64,000 nucleotides of DNA, taken from Octopus bimaculoides (taxonomy: Eukaryota). Every line of letters begins with the position of its first letter. Position 1 is the first letter of the stretch. Under the pieces are notes generated by a model. It had not been told where the DNA came from. It searched no databases and worked only from the letters and a program-made list of their open reading frames with translations. The stretch lies in the NCBI RefSeq assembly GCF_001194135.2, contig NC_068984.1:31228512-31292511 (forward strand). Direction: 5' to 3'. Position numbers and translations under genes: made by a program. Shown piece by piece: positions 24,200 through 40,600 of this stretch.

Positions 24200-24960
24200 A
24201 GGTATAGAAGCAAGGCCTGGAATCAAAGGGTCTTAGAGATAACTTAGTGAAGACCAAAGTCCTAATAAGTTGGAAAACAGACAAATTACAGATCTCTTTA
24301 GGGAGATGGCCCTGCTTGATATGTAGAAAATGTGCCAGGAGAAACTCCTTAAGATGTATCCAGTGCAAGTTATGGACACATAAAAGGTGCAGCAGTATCA
24401 CTAGAAGACTAATAGAAAAAGTAGTCTTAACATGTGGCAGATGTGCAGGTACATTAAACACTAGGAATGTACAAAAATAGACTCCCTCAAATGTCAGGAG
24501 GTTCCTTATCAGTAGAAGACAGTTTCCGTTACTAAGGTGACCAAGTTAGCAGTGGTAGAGGTTGTTCCAAATGCTAAAATAAGGAAGAGCTGGGCAAAGT
24601 TCAGAGAGCTACTACCTTTATTAGTAACTAAGGGCCTCTCTCTCAGAGTGAACGGCAGATTGTTTGATGCTTGTGTATAGATAGCTATGCTACATGGCAG
24701 TGAGACATGGGCTGTAACTACTGATGACATGAGAAGGCTTGAAAGAAATGAAACCAGCATGCTCTGCAGGATAGGTAATGTCAGAGTGTAAGTGATGTGA
24801 AAGAAAAGCTAGGTATACAGGGCATCAGGTGTAGTGTGCAAGAGAGACGAATGTCTATGGATGAAGACAGTTGCATCAAGAAGTGCTGCACTCTAATTGT
24901 GAAAGGGGTAGACCCAGAAAGACTTAGGATGAAGAGGTGGGAATAGATCTACACATGTTG
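24200..24960 (+). mobile_element. RTE-clade LINE ORF2 remnant (RT C-terminus with Cys-rich insert)
   Basis: LESKGLRDNLVKTKVL, a CxxC/CxxC/HxxC/CxxC cluster, then DSFRY.GDQVSSG..WAKFRELLP..KGLSLRVNGRLFDACV..MLHGSETW, a typical RTE thumb region. Confidence 0.85.
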
Positions 24961-25808
24961 GGCCTCAGAGAGGGGACGACCGGGGCCCAAAGCTTCTGAT
25001 AGTTTGTTGCACTTGAGAAGACATGTCATGTTAACTAAGATTGTGGTTGTCTTTGCATACAGGCATGTCCCCTGCATCCCTCTTCAGCTGATCAATCCTA
25101 ATCTTGCAGACTTACCGGTGCTGGAGAGATGTAAGAAGCATCCTCGCCAATACCATGTAAGAGTACCAGTGCCAATGCTACATAAGAGCACCTACGCCAG
25201 TGCTGTGTAGAAGCACCCAGTATGTTCTGTGAAGTAGTTGGCATTAGGAAGGGCATTCAACCATGGTGTGGGGAGGTCTGGTCAATTACATTGACCCAGT
25301 ACTCAAGTGGTACTTATTTCATCAATACAAATCAACCCTGGCAGACTTGAACTCGGAACCACAGTCTGGAAAGCTGCCAAATGACGTGTGCCATTTGATG
25401 CCACAATTGAATTTCAGTCTGTCAGCAATTACTCTTGACACTTTTGTCCTCCTTTTGTCAAAGGTGTAATAAATAAATGTTGTAAACCCTGGAAATGGGA
25501 TGTGCTGTTGCCCAGAGCTAGCTGAGACCAGAACTCATAATGGCTAAATTTGAAACTCGCTGAAATAGTTAAAACATTACTTACTACCTACAGATCATAC
25601 TCTATTCATATTTTAAAATTTGTCCATGATAATCTACTTCTGTCTTAATCAGGAATGGAATGGTCATGTTGCAAATGAGGTTAAACAATGATGTTTTATA
25701 TTATGCTAATGATGAAAGTCATTATAATTAAGTTATTTTATAGTAGAAAGGGTAGAAAATTTATCTAGATACCATCATTTATTTCATTGTGCTATTTTAC
25801 ATTCTAAA

Positions 25809-26163
25809 TGATGATTTCACTAGCATTGGTCAAATAAGTACTGGTACTGTTTTGTCAATGATTTGAATCTGAAGAAAATGAGCTCATGGCATTCCCTGGA
25901 CCTTCTATTCAATGTGCTCTACTGATCCTTTTAAGTTTGTGTATTCATACAAATGTAACTAGCTATAACACAATGTCCCTTACTTTCTGATGATTTCACT
26001 AGCATTGGTCAAATAAGTACTAATACTTTTTTGTCAATGCTTTGAGTCTAAAGAAAGAATTTGAACTCATGGCCTTCTCTGGACTTTTTACTCAATGAGC
26101 TCCACTGGTCCTTTTAAGTTTGTGTATTCACACCAATGTAGCTCAACGTCCCTTACTTTCTGA
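25809..26163. repeat. diverged tandem duplication, two units of ~180 bp
   Basis: TGATGATTTCACTAGCATTGGTCAAATAAGTACT...TCCTTTTAAGTTTGTGTATTCA...TCCCTTACTTTCTGA starts at ~25810 and again at ~25988. Confidence 0.9.
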
Positions 26164-27042
26164 GTTTGATTTCAAGCAAGGTTGACATTCCCATTCATCT
26201 TCAGATTCGATGTAAAACTGTGCAGCATTGATCCTATGTTAGAAATTATAATTATCATTTCAAAACCTTAATGGATACTATCATTGAAAGAATAGTTGAC
26301 AATATACCATGTGATATTTATTCTAACTTCAGATACCAGAAATGTTAGCTTTGCATATGAATCTTCTAGAGTCAATAAAATTTGTACAAGCCATACAAAG
26401 GGCTTAGAAAAATTGACTGTATCTTATCCAAAGTTGTAATCATGTGCATATGTCTTTAAAGATCGTTATTACTATTGGATTAGCAGAATCTTTAGGTGTT
26501 TAGACTAAATATTAGCAATATTTATTCTAGCTGTTTATATTCTCCCTTTTAGATCCCAGTGAGGCCAACTTTATTTATGATCCTGCCAGATCAATAAATA
26601 AAGTTCTGATTGACTAACCCTGTTTGGTGCCAAAATTTCTGATCTTGTGCCTATGTAGTGAATCAAAAAAGAGCAGCGGATTGCTAGAATTATAAGATAA
26701 ATGTACATAATAGACAATTAGCATGCAAAATGTAATTATAGAGGCACCAGACAAATTGCAGTTAAATACAGAATCGCTCATTTCCCATGAAGTAAAGTGA
26801 TATCATGAACACCAAGGAGGACTAAAGTTCTAAATGTATTTGAGAAAAAAATGGATTTAAAGGAATTTTAATCACGCTCTAACAGTGCTTCACACTGTTT
26901 CTGTTAAATTGAAAATTGTAGAGTTTTTCATCTTTTTAAATAGCATAGTGAAACATGAAAGTTAGCAAAACTTCACAAAATGTATTAAAGTCATGTCTTT
27001 TACTACTATACACTTTAAATAAATTCTTTCCTGATATATATG

Positions 27043-27076
<34 letters not shown>

Positions 27077-27194
27077 TATATACCATATGTATGTAAACAT
27101 ATCTCATTGTCTTCGTTGTTTTGGCAGACAGAAACTGAACAAAATCCTCATTCATGTTTACACACAGACAGACACAAACACATGGATATACATA

Positions 27195-27358
27195 TAGGTA
27201 CAGGTGTGGCTATGTGATAAGAAGCTTGCTTCCCAACAACAAGGTTCCGGGTTCAGTCCCACTATGTGGCATCTTAGGCAAGTGCCTTCTACTACAGCTT
27301 TGGGCTGATCAAAGCCTCGTGAGTGGATTTGGTAGACAGAAACCAAAAGAAGCCCATC

Positions 27359-27414
<56 letters not shown>

Positions 27415-27620
27415 ATATTTAGGTGTTTGTGTCTGTGTTTGTCCTCCCACCATTGCTTGACAACTGATGTAGGTGTTATGTCCCTGTAACTTAGCAGTTC
27501 GGCAAAATATTCCAATAGAATAAGTACTAGACTTACAAAGAACAAGTTTTGGGGTTGATTTGTTCAACCTAAAGGGATGTTGACCACAGTCAAATTACTG
27601 AATCAAATAAAATAATGAAA
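27195..27620 (+). mobile_element. SINE family 1, full length, with central (TA)n
   Basis: Head GTGGCTATGTGATAAGAAGCTTGCTTCCC..GGTTCCGGGTTCAGTCCC, core, (TA)n, and tail AGAATAAGTACTAGACTTACAAAG. Confidence 0.9.
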
Positions 27621-28779
27621 GAATATATATATATATATATGTATATATACACACACACACACACAAATATTTAAAATATGTGTGTGTATGTATGTATTTG
27701 TGTGTGTTTGTTCTGTAACTTTTATAACCTATTTTCAGAAAATTTTTTGTGATTCTGGAAAAAATTTCGAGTTTTTAAATGTCAATAGTTTCATTTCTTT
27801 TTTTTTTTTTTGCCAGTTTTTGCCCTCCCAATTTTGTAGCTCACAAACAATGATAACTTCTCATTTTTGAAAAGCTTCTCCGATTCCTTTAGAAATATAT
27901 TCTTTACGCATAGAGATTTCAATCCTTCAAGAAGAAATCAACCTTGCAAGTGAATGTTAGCTGGAAACTGGGGCAGTGAGCAGAAGCAGCATCACACTGA
28001 TGCTGGAATAAGTAGGATCTATTGAGCTGAAAGTCATGATAAAAGGGTCCGTTATTAGCCATTACTGGTGCCCGACCAACTGGAGTACAATGTGATGTAG
28101 GGTGGAAACACCAGCTGAATGTATCCTGTCCTGGTCATACATTATAGCTATAAGTGTGAGACTAAGTCTGCCAACATCATTAGTAAATGTATTCGTATGT
28201 TTGTTTATATATGTAGCTGTATAACTGCAAATGTTCATGTATGTTCTTTATTTTACACTTACCATCATGTTGACACTCTTTTCTACCACTGCTGCTGCTG
28301 CTGCTGTTGATGATGATGATGATGAGGAGGAGGAGGATGATGGGAATGATGATGACAATGGTAGCACATTAAAAGAAGAACAACAACATCAACAATGATA
28401 ACAACAAAAATATAACTTGCTGAATTAACATACGCATTTTCTTGAACTTGTAAAATGGCTTTTACACATCACCAAAATTTCTTTATGGGCAAAATCAATT
28501 TCAAATATAACAATGGAAAGATCAAAGTTAGATATAAAGCATAATTTTCTAGAAAAAACAGTTAAATGCCGGAATGAAATTAAAGCTTTTTGGGAGAGAG
28601 GTGAGTGAAATTTAGAAATGTAAAAACAAAGACGAATGGAAAATCAAATATATTCATTCTTTAGCTGAATAAATTGGCTTCAGATTAAAATATAAAATAG
28701 AAAGAAGACATACTTTGACATAAGTGTGTGCAAATTTGAAAAATATTCTAAAATATGATACAAAAGATGTATATAAATG

Positions 28780-32200
<3,421 letters not shown>

Positions 32201-32899
32201 GAGCAATTATTAGCATTTGTTTTCTTTAGTGGTTGTTGTTCTTATTATATACTCATGCATGTATGTTATTGCCATCAACATCTTTACCAATTTCGTTTCT
32301 GCTTTCCATGCCATTATGTGTTGATCATGTCTTTATTGAGTGAATTATTGCTTATGTGAATTTACTGCCTTTGTGGATAGCTTAGCATGCAAATCAGTCT
32401 CATATCTACCATTTTTCTTTTGGTATTTTGTGTATGGGTTGATGCCCTTCCTAATACCAAATCTTTATAGTCTGTATTATATACAACTTATCTTGAAAAA
32501 TAGAACTAGGAAGTTTACTTTTTCTACCAGCAACACTAAAACATATTCTCTTTTCTATGATGCCATTATTCATTCAAGCCAACATGACTGAGATTAAATA
32601 GATGAGTGGATGATGAAGGAGAGTGAAAGCAGGATGAAGAAAATGTAATAAAAGAGATTTATAATAGAAGCAACAGACAGATAGGGCATGTGAGTTATAG
32701 AAGAAGTGATGAAATAAATATAGTGATAGGAAGGTACATGCTGGTTGGCAATAATGAAATTGACCAGAAAGCAACTCTGGCAGCATGGCTGCAGAAAATT
32801 GTTTGATAGGAGAGAGCTTCAGTGATAGAAGAAGGTGTAACAGGAGAGTGAGAGTTATGGTTGTCAACACTAAGTCATGGAGGGGTACACTTTTAACTT

Positions 32900-33120
32900 T
32901 CATTTGATTCAGTCATTAGGCTGCAGCCATCCTGGAGCACAGTCTTGAAAAATATTAGTTAAACGCATCGATCACAGGGATAATTTTTGAGCATGTTACT
33001 TACACTATCAGTCACTTTTGCTGAACTGCTAAGTTACAGTGATGTAAACACAACAACACTGGTTGTCAAGCAGTGGTGGATGACAAACACAGATACAAAG
33101 ACACACATACACACACACAC
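32900..33120 (-). mobile_element. SINE family 1, 3' half
   Basis: The reverse complement matches the GTTTGTC..CTTGACAACC..GTAACTTAGCAGTTCAGCAAAAG tail of the family. Confidence 0.75.
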
Positions 33121-35399
33121 CATTTCTTATGAATACCACAGGGAGCTAGGTCTTTGAAGACTATGAACATGAAATTGTTTGTATTCAATTATTCTTTGAA
33201 ATAATGATCTTTCTTTATGGAGCTAAACTGGCTTTCTTTACTCTGGCTTACAATCCCAAAATATGTCCCCCAGATAACAAGTTATCAACTTCATGAAAGT
33301 CTTGGAAGCTTTTAAACGAGCTTATTTCATGTATACTATGATTGTTGGATACTGCAGCACATCTATGTCAGACGACTTATTATCCCACAGCATCACTTGT
33401 GTGACTGTAGTTTATATAGAGTACTCTCTCTGTCTCTCTCCCCATATATATATATATGTATATATATATANNNNNNNNNNNNNNNNNNNNNNNNNNNNNN
33501 NNNNNNNNNNNNNNNNNNNNNNNNNNNNNNNNNNNNNNNNNNNNNNNNNNNNNNNNNNNNNNNNNNNNNNNNNNNNNNNNNNNNNNNNNNNNNNNNNNNN
33601 NNNNNNNNNNNNNNNNNNNNNNNNNNNNNNNNNNNNNNNNNNNNNNNNNNNNNNNNNNNNNNNNNNNNNNNNNNNNNNNNNNNNNNNNNNNNNNNNNNNN
33701 NNNNNNNNNNNNNNNNNNNNNNNNNNNNNNNNNNNNNNNNNNNNNNNNNNNNNNNNNNNNNNNNNNNNNNNNNNNNNNNNNNNNNNNNNNNNNNNNNNNN
33801 NNNNNNNNNNNNNNNNNNNNNNNNNNNNNNNNNNNNNNNNNNNNNNATTTCTTTTATAGTAATTCATCAACAAATTTAACTATGGCAACTAAGAATACAT
33901 AGAACAGTTGCATTTTGAGAAATATTTATTTATCTATATTTATAATTAAGTTAACTTTCAGACGTCAAGGTATTTTTATTTATTTCATAAGTAATATTTT
34001 AAATGAATGATAATGCCTGACTTTCATGTGAACAATGTTTTAAAATATTTATTAGAAAATCTAATAATTAAAAAAAAATAAAAGAAGCAGTAAACAAAAT
34101 CATTGCACATTGTTTTAGTTTTGATATTCTTTGACAATTATAGTTTATAGAATTACCATCACATTTCTAGTTTGATAATCTCATAAAAAAAATTGTCTCA
34201 AGAATTGCTAAATGAGGAAAATTATGTTATGTTTTATTATTTTATCTATTTGAAGTGCATTAAAAGTATGTTATGGTCATCGACATCTTAACAATACAAT
34301 GGACACTGTGGTCAGGCAATGGAATGTGACCCCTACATACACATCCACTGCATACATAAATTAGAATTAGATACCTAGATTTGTAGGGTCCTGAAACAGC
34401 TGCCCAGTGAGCCTTTGCTTCAAGATAGCACTGATAATGGTTCTGTATTATCAATCATTCTCATGTTACAGCTAATCAATTTGTTATGATTCTTTAACTT
34501 CAGATTAACCTGTCAACATCCTGTTATATTAGAGATATGTATGACATTATCACCTATACCCATTCTTTTCAAACGGTATCAGATTGGGATTTGAAATAGT
34601 TTTGGTTGCTATTTCTAGCAGTTTGAACCTTGGTACAGAGGTACTCAAACTGGGTCACCCACTCATCATAAGTGCTTCTATGCAAAATAGACAGTATTTT
34701 GTTGCCACTTGCTTTGTTAGAAAAAATTCCTCTTTTTCTTTTTATTTGCTTAGTTTTTGGAGGCATAGGAAATATGAAGTTGGAAGAAAAAGTAATTGCT
34801 CCATTAATATGATACTATACAAGATATACTAGAACAATTCTAGTTATTACATCTAACTGAAATGTATCTAATCAAGAGGGAAAATAGCAAGCGAATTGAT
34901 TAAAATTCATCACCATCATCATCGAAAACATCATGATCATGATCATCACCAACAACAACAACGACAACAACCACCACCACCACCATCATCACTGTCGTCG
35001 TTGTCATCATCTTTCCTTTCAAGATGTAAGCCAGCTTTTCTTTTCAGAGGAGATGAACAGTCAGATCTTACTTATATATTACACTTTTGGCTTGGTTTCT
35101 ATGATTGAACACTGTCCAGTATTTGCCCACTTTACAGAGTGTACTCTATGCATGTTATTGTGGCACCAGCACTAGAGATTTTTCCATGTTCTTGTAAAGA
35201 CTAATGNNNNNNNNNNNNNNNNNNNNNNNNNNNNNNNNNNNNNNNNNNNNNNNNNNNNNNNNNNNNNNNNNNNNNNTTGGCTTGGTTTCTATGATTGAAC
35301 ACTGTCCAGTATTTGCCCACTTTACAGAGTGTACTCTATGCATTTTATTGTGGCACCAGCACTAGAGATTTTTCCATGTTCTTGTAAAGACTAATGAGA

Positions 35400-35600
35400 C
35401 CTCTTGAACCTACATTATGACCACATACTAATAATATTGCAGGGTATTCCTCATATCACCTGCACAAGAAAGTCTGTCATGTCATATGCTCGATCATATT
35501 AAAAGGGCATTGTAGCCCTTAGTTTCTTCTGCCCATTTGCCAATCCTTTTGCACTGGGTGCATTTCGTCATAGTATCAGCACTGGTGTGGATGCTTTTCA
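35400..35600 (-). mobile_element. RTE LINE fragment (Cys-rich insert region), decayed
   Basis: The reverse complement translates to KCTQCK.....SCAG, resembling the Cys cluster at 24.3 kb. Confidence 0.4.
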
Positions 35601-36246
35601 TTCGGAAAGTTTAGTGAGTTCTAACTAATCTATGATGAGTTTCTTCTTCCAAGTTATAGTGTCCAAGAACATGAATGCAAGAGAGAAGGATGACAGGAGA
35701 AGAATTAGCATGAACAAGTGAAGGTTCCAAGTGTATGATGTTAAAAACAGCAGCAGAGGAGGAGTGTAGATGTGAGGTGTAATAGAGATGGAGGTGGTAA
35801 GAATAAATGATAAAGAAACGAGTGATGAAGAGATGAATGATAGGGAGTCAGGTGATAGTAAGATGAGAGAATATCAAAGATGGAGGAGGCAGCAGATATA
35901 CACTTGACATGGACATACTGGGTGAGAGACCCACATGTGCACACACACACATACACATACATATATACACATGTATACACATACGTGCATGTCCACACAC
36001 ATCTGTGTTGGCCTCTGTGTTGGCCCCTTGTGGGCAATAAAAATATCACACATCAATGTAATCCCTGACATGAGACTCAGGTGAGGGTTTTCAACAGGAA
36101 GAGCATACAGATATAAAAGAATGCCTCAATAATATACTCATCTAACTTATGCTACCATGGAAAAATGGACGTAAAATTAATAAGCAAATAAACATATATG
36201 TGCATGTATGTGTGTATCTATGTATACACACACATACACATGCATA

Positions 36247-36467
36247 TACGGGTGAGTGTTGAAAAGTTCCTGGTTATAAGGATATCACGAAAGACCTAGC
36301 TGGAGGCTCAAATTTCCAAGTTCTTTTAATGGGAATAGAAAAACTGAAGGACTACTGCAATAAGCATATAAATCTGGGGTGGGGGGAACATGTTGAATAA
36401 AATCATAATTAACTGATCTTCCAGTATTTTCTTTTACCCAAAGCCAAAGAAATTTTTAGCATCCCTT

Positions 36468-36470
<3 letters not shown>
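36247..36470. mobile_element. mariner-derived MITE
   Basis: TACGGGTGAGTGTTGAAAAGTTCCTGG at the left and CCAAAGAAATTTTTAGCATCCCTTTGT at the right: imperfect TIRs with a TA start. Confidence 0.6.
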
Positions 36471-36499
<29 letters not shown>

Positions 36500-37139
36500 C
36501 ATATATATATATATATATANNNNNNNNNNNNNNNNNNNNNNNNNNNNNNNNNNNNNNNNNNNNNNNNNNNNNNNNNNNNNNNNNNNNNNNNNNNNNNNNN
36601 NNNNNNNNNNNNNNNNNNNNNNNNNNNNNNNNNNNNNNNNNNNNNNNNNNNNNNNNNNNNNNNNNNNNNNNNNNNNNNNNNNNNNNNNNNNNNNNNNNNN
36701 NNNNNNNNNNNNNNNNNNNNNNNNNNNNNNNNNNNNNNNNNNNNNNNNNNNNNNNNNNNNNNNNNNNNNNNNNNNNNNNNNNNNNNNNNNNNNNNNNNNN
36801 NNNNNNNNNNNNNNNNNNNNNNNNNNNNNNNNNNNNNNNNNNNNNNNNNNNNNNNNNNNNNNNNNNNNNNNNNNNNNNNNNNNNNNNNNNNNNNNNNNNN
36901 NNNNNNNNNNNNNNNNNNNNNNNNNNNNNNNNNNNNNNNNNNNNNNNNNNNNNNNNNNNNNNNNNNNNNNNNNNNNNNNNNNNNNNNNNNNNNNNNNNNN
37001 NNNNNNNNNNNNNNNNNNNNNNNNNNNNNNNNNNNNNNNNNNNNNNNNNNNNNNNNNNNNNNNNNNNNNNNNNNNNNTGGACTTTTGTGATTTGAACACT
37101 GATTTTTTACTCTTTGCAGGGTAAAAAATATTATTTTTG

Positions 37140-38345
37140 TCAATAATTTTGGCAAAAATTATTTTTTGTCAAAAAAATTTTTTCAATTCCTTTCGAAGGA
37201 AAATTACATTATGGAATTCAATGTAATGTCGAAGGAAGATTTGCCAGAGATGGAGAAGGTACCAAACAAAGAAACCAATAATGCAAAACAAGTGTTTAAG
37301 AAAAAAACCCAGTTTTACGGCCACTGTAGGTAAGAATATGATAATGGCTGAATTGTTTAGGTACAGAAATCTTGTAAAAAAGAATGGAAATGATACGAGG
37401 TTGCTCCCTCTGTGGAAATTGTACATAACGTAGCTGCAAGAACAGTGGTATATAAAACGTACAGCCTAAACGGAAAAAGAATAGTATATTGTAAAAGTGA
37501 AATAATTGAAAGGTGTCTGGCACCTATTTGGAATAAAATTGTATACGTTGGACGTGGTAGAAGGAATGCCATGGTAGATGCACAGTTTGCTAATGAGAAT
37601 GTGGCGAAAGAGTTATCAACAAGAACACTAAAAAATTGAGGAAATAATTTTACTACCAACGTATTTGGGTAGAAGAACAGCATAAGTTTCTGTAGAAGTA
37701 ATACCAGCAGGATATGACATAATTTGGATAGCAGCAGCCATAACTTATGATATGGAGGAAAAAATGTCTATTTTACAGATGAAGAAGAAAGAGGCCGAGA
37801 ATTGGAAAGGGGAAACCCTTAACGTCGTGGTCCAAGCCACTCTAGAAGTATTAGAAGGGCTGCCCGGCAGGTACTTATAGGGGAGAGCTGAGTGTGAGAA
37901 TTGCAGTAGAGGGGCATAGGCCACGCTGCTTTAAGTGCGGCCAAAAATGCCACATCCACTCTGAATGCAAGCCTAAAGAAAAAAAGAGTGAAATCCCTCC
38001 CCCAAAAGAGCCGTTAAAGACAGGAGAAAAAGAGAAACAAGAACTGAAAAGACAAGCAAAGACATAAGGAAAGATGCAAAAAGGTATGCAAGAAAAACAC
38101 AAGGAAAACACAAGAAAAAAAAAGAAAAAGCACAAGGTAAAACAAGAAAAAACACAAGATACAACTCAAAACACAGAGGAAGAAATGGAATTTACCATGG
38201 TTAAAACCCAAAAGAGGAAAAAGGCCCAAGCCCCAGACTTTCTTCCCCATACAAAGAAAACAAATAAGCCAATGACAGACACGCATGAAACAACTCCTCA
38301 CACCATCCCCTTGTTAAAACCCATTACCATGGCTAAAAATTAAAC
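37140..38345 (+). mobile_element. LINE ORF1 (gag-like, CCHC zinc knuckle) remnant, L1/Tx1-like; ORF2 absent
   Basis: A disrupted ORF from ~37210 contains IVYVGRGRRNAMVDAQFANENVAKELSTR, then RPRCFKCGQKCHIHSECKP (C-X2-C-X4-H-X4-C at ~37925-37970), then a Lys/Glu-rich tail ending PITMAKN*. Confidence 0.75.
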
Positions 38346-38479
38346 TTTACCATTTAGCTATGCATGCATCTGTATATACAGACTAATTTAATGCTGAATT
38401 ATAATTTTATTGAGCTTCATAACATGTGTAAAACATTGAAATGTCTTGCCATTTTGTGTAGAAATGTAAAAATGCAAAT

Positions 38480-38860
38480 GGATGAAAATTTAAATTCTTT
38501 TGTTGTGAATATTGATTTCTTTTGCTTATACAAAAGAACCACTAATGTTATAACACTCCAGAGAACAGTCCAGAAAGAACTAATGACAATGCTGGGAACA
38601 AGAAGGTTAAGTTAGCTGGGTCATATATTGAGAATGAGTGATAGGAGGTTACCAAAAGAGGTGCTTGATTGAAAACTTCATGGTGACAAATGAGCTGTGG
38701 GATCGTCTAAGCTGACATGGCAAAGACGTAAAAAAAAATTATGTGAAATGAAACAAAAAGGTCTGGCATAATGAAAAATAGTCAGTAGTCCAAGAGAAGA
38801 CATGGTAGTCATGGAAGGATTAATATGTTGCACAAAACAATAGAGACTAAGGTCTAAAAT
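38480..38860 (+). mobile_element. RTE LINE ORF2 C-terminus
   Basis: RRLS*LGHILRMSDRRLPKEVLD..LTWQR matches the RTE RRLxWxGHxxRMxxxRxPK motif. Confidence 0.8.
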
Positions 38861-39893
38861 ACAAGTCTAGGGTAAAGTATTTGGTGTGTAGTCTACTGTA
38901 TCATTATAATTATGGTTTTAATTTGCCTTGAAAAGATGACACAAAAATCTATCACTATGTTATTTGAACTCAGAACTCGATAAGTATACAAATGTTGTGA
39001 TAAAAGCAGGATTAAGTGTTTGTTTTTGATGATATTTAAAAAAAATATACGTTATGTAGTATTCACTAAATGCTGATCTTTCCTCTGTGGCATCCAAGGA
39101 ATATTTGTGATTTAGGGTTGATTCATCTTTTATCCATTTTATTTCACATATACAGTTAATGACACTAAGAAATCATTAACATTTACCATCTCATTTTATT
39201 TTTAAAAGTAGATGTTCCAAACAACAGACAAGGAATATGCTTCAGAATTATGCATATTCATGTATTTATGTATAAACACATGTATAATTGTTGCAAATCA
39301 TACTTTAATAGTGTTCTAGGTAGGATTAGCTTTGTAACCTTACTGAGTCATTGGTCAGCTCTTAAAATCTCATGTTGCATTACGAGAAAGGAAAGTACTG
39401 GTGTTTTTCCTTCTTGTTGTTTTCTCTAAATCCACTGGAGAATTTAAACTCTGTTGTGCAGGTAAACAAACACTTGTTATTTTAAGTGCTTTGATTTTAC
39501 CTCTCTGAGTGATGGGAAGAAGGAGGGGAGATTATCCTCAGACCAAACTTTTATCCAGAATGCTTATAATAGAGTGTGTGCTGCTAACGATATCTGTATT
39601 TCACCTGTACAGAAAAAGAAAGAAAAATTGCTGTAGTAAAAATAATTAGGATTAAGACAGAGAGAAGTAAAGACAATGCTGAGACTAAAAAGGTTGTTGG
39701 TAGCATGGTGATGTTTTTAAAATGAGTATTGGGAACGTACTGAGAATGGCATTGGGGTGGTAACTGCATGGTAGAAAATGTGTAGTAAAATAATGTTGAC
39801 TTGTGAATACCTTCAAATATAAAGCATCTATAATGCATCTCGAAGGTTCATGATACTTGCGGAGTATCTCCCTCTCCCATTACAATTATTTTT

Positions 39894-40276
39894 TGTAGTC
39901 TTAGGATCTGGAACTCAAAAGAAGAAGCTTACAAGCAGATGCAATTCAATGGTTGTTTATTTAGTTCTCATTCATTCGTTATAGCTCCATTCACATGAGG
40001 TACATTACCTCTGGAAATAATGGGTGAAGTTAGAGCAGGAGAAGAATCTGCTGTGAGTTGTCAGTTTGCAGTGTTGCTCAGCGTGAGCATGAACGCAAGA
40101 GAGAGAATCACTTTAATATGCCTCCTTAAATAGATGTTGTCCACAAGAGTCTCGCTGTAGTCTCACACATGGCAAACATGGTTGTAGGCGAGATCTCGCT
40201 TTTGTCTCGGATATGGTAAACATGGTTGTAAGCAAGATCTCATGCAAAATGGCGCTGGCTTATGTGTTACACTACA
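39894..40276 (-). mobile_element. probable solo LTR (~380 bp)
   Basis: Inverted termini TGTAGT...ACTACA. On the minus strand a TATTTAAG (TATA-like) box precedes an AATAAA. The segment is CpG-rich and has an internal 44-bp-period direct repeat. No TSD was found. Confidence 0.45.
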
Positions 40277-40409
40277 CGTCCTTTAGCAATTCTAATGCCT
40301 ATCCCTGAAATTAATGGATCATAGTGCCCATTTCTGGAATCATTGTTCAAAACTCACAACATGAAATCAAAAAGGAACAAAACCTATCAGAAACAAAAAC
40401 TCTCAGACT

Positions 40410-40600
40410 ATGTCAACGAGCTGAGGGCAGGAATGATCTCTCTAACAGGCTTCCACAGTTTTGTCTGCCAAGATTGAAACTATGATGAAAGATTCTGCTG
40501 TAAAATGTTTGCCCAAGGTCTTGTGCATTGTGATTTCAATCAAACCCATATCATTTTAAAGAACTTCTTAATCATACATCTATTTCTGAACTCACTTTCA
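40410..40600 (-). mobile_element. SINE family 1 fragment, diverged
   Basis: CTTCCACAGTTTTGTCTGCC..TTTGCCCAAGGTC is the reverse complement of the family core. Confidence 0.55.

Noticed and set aside
34569-34832. Overlapping 65- and 82-aa ORFs on opposite strands
   Set aside because: There is no motif or coherent splice-site pair; the lengths are within chance expectation.
35087-35396. 120-bp direct repeat flanking a 70-N gap
   Set aside because: The copies are near-identical with one difference and end and start exactly at the gap, which is typical of an unmerged allelic contig overlap.
33293-37155. ORFs of 150-250 aa containing long X runs (also at 21.0-21.7 kb)
   Set aside because: They are open only because they read through N-gaps.
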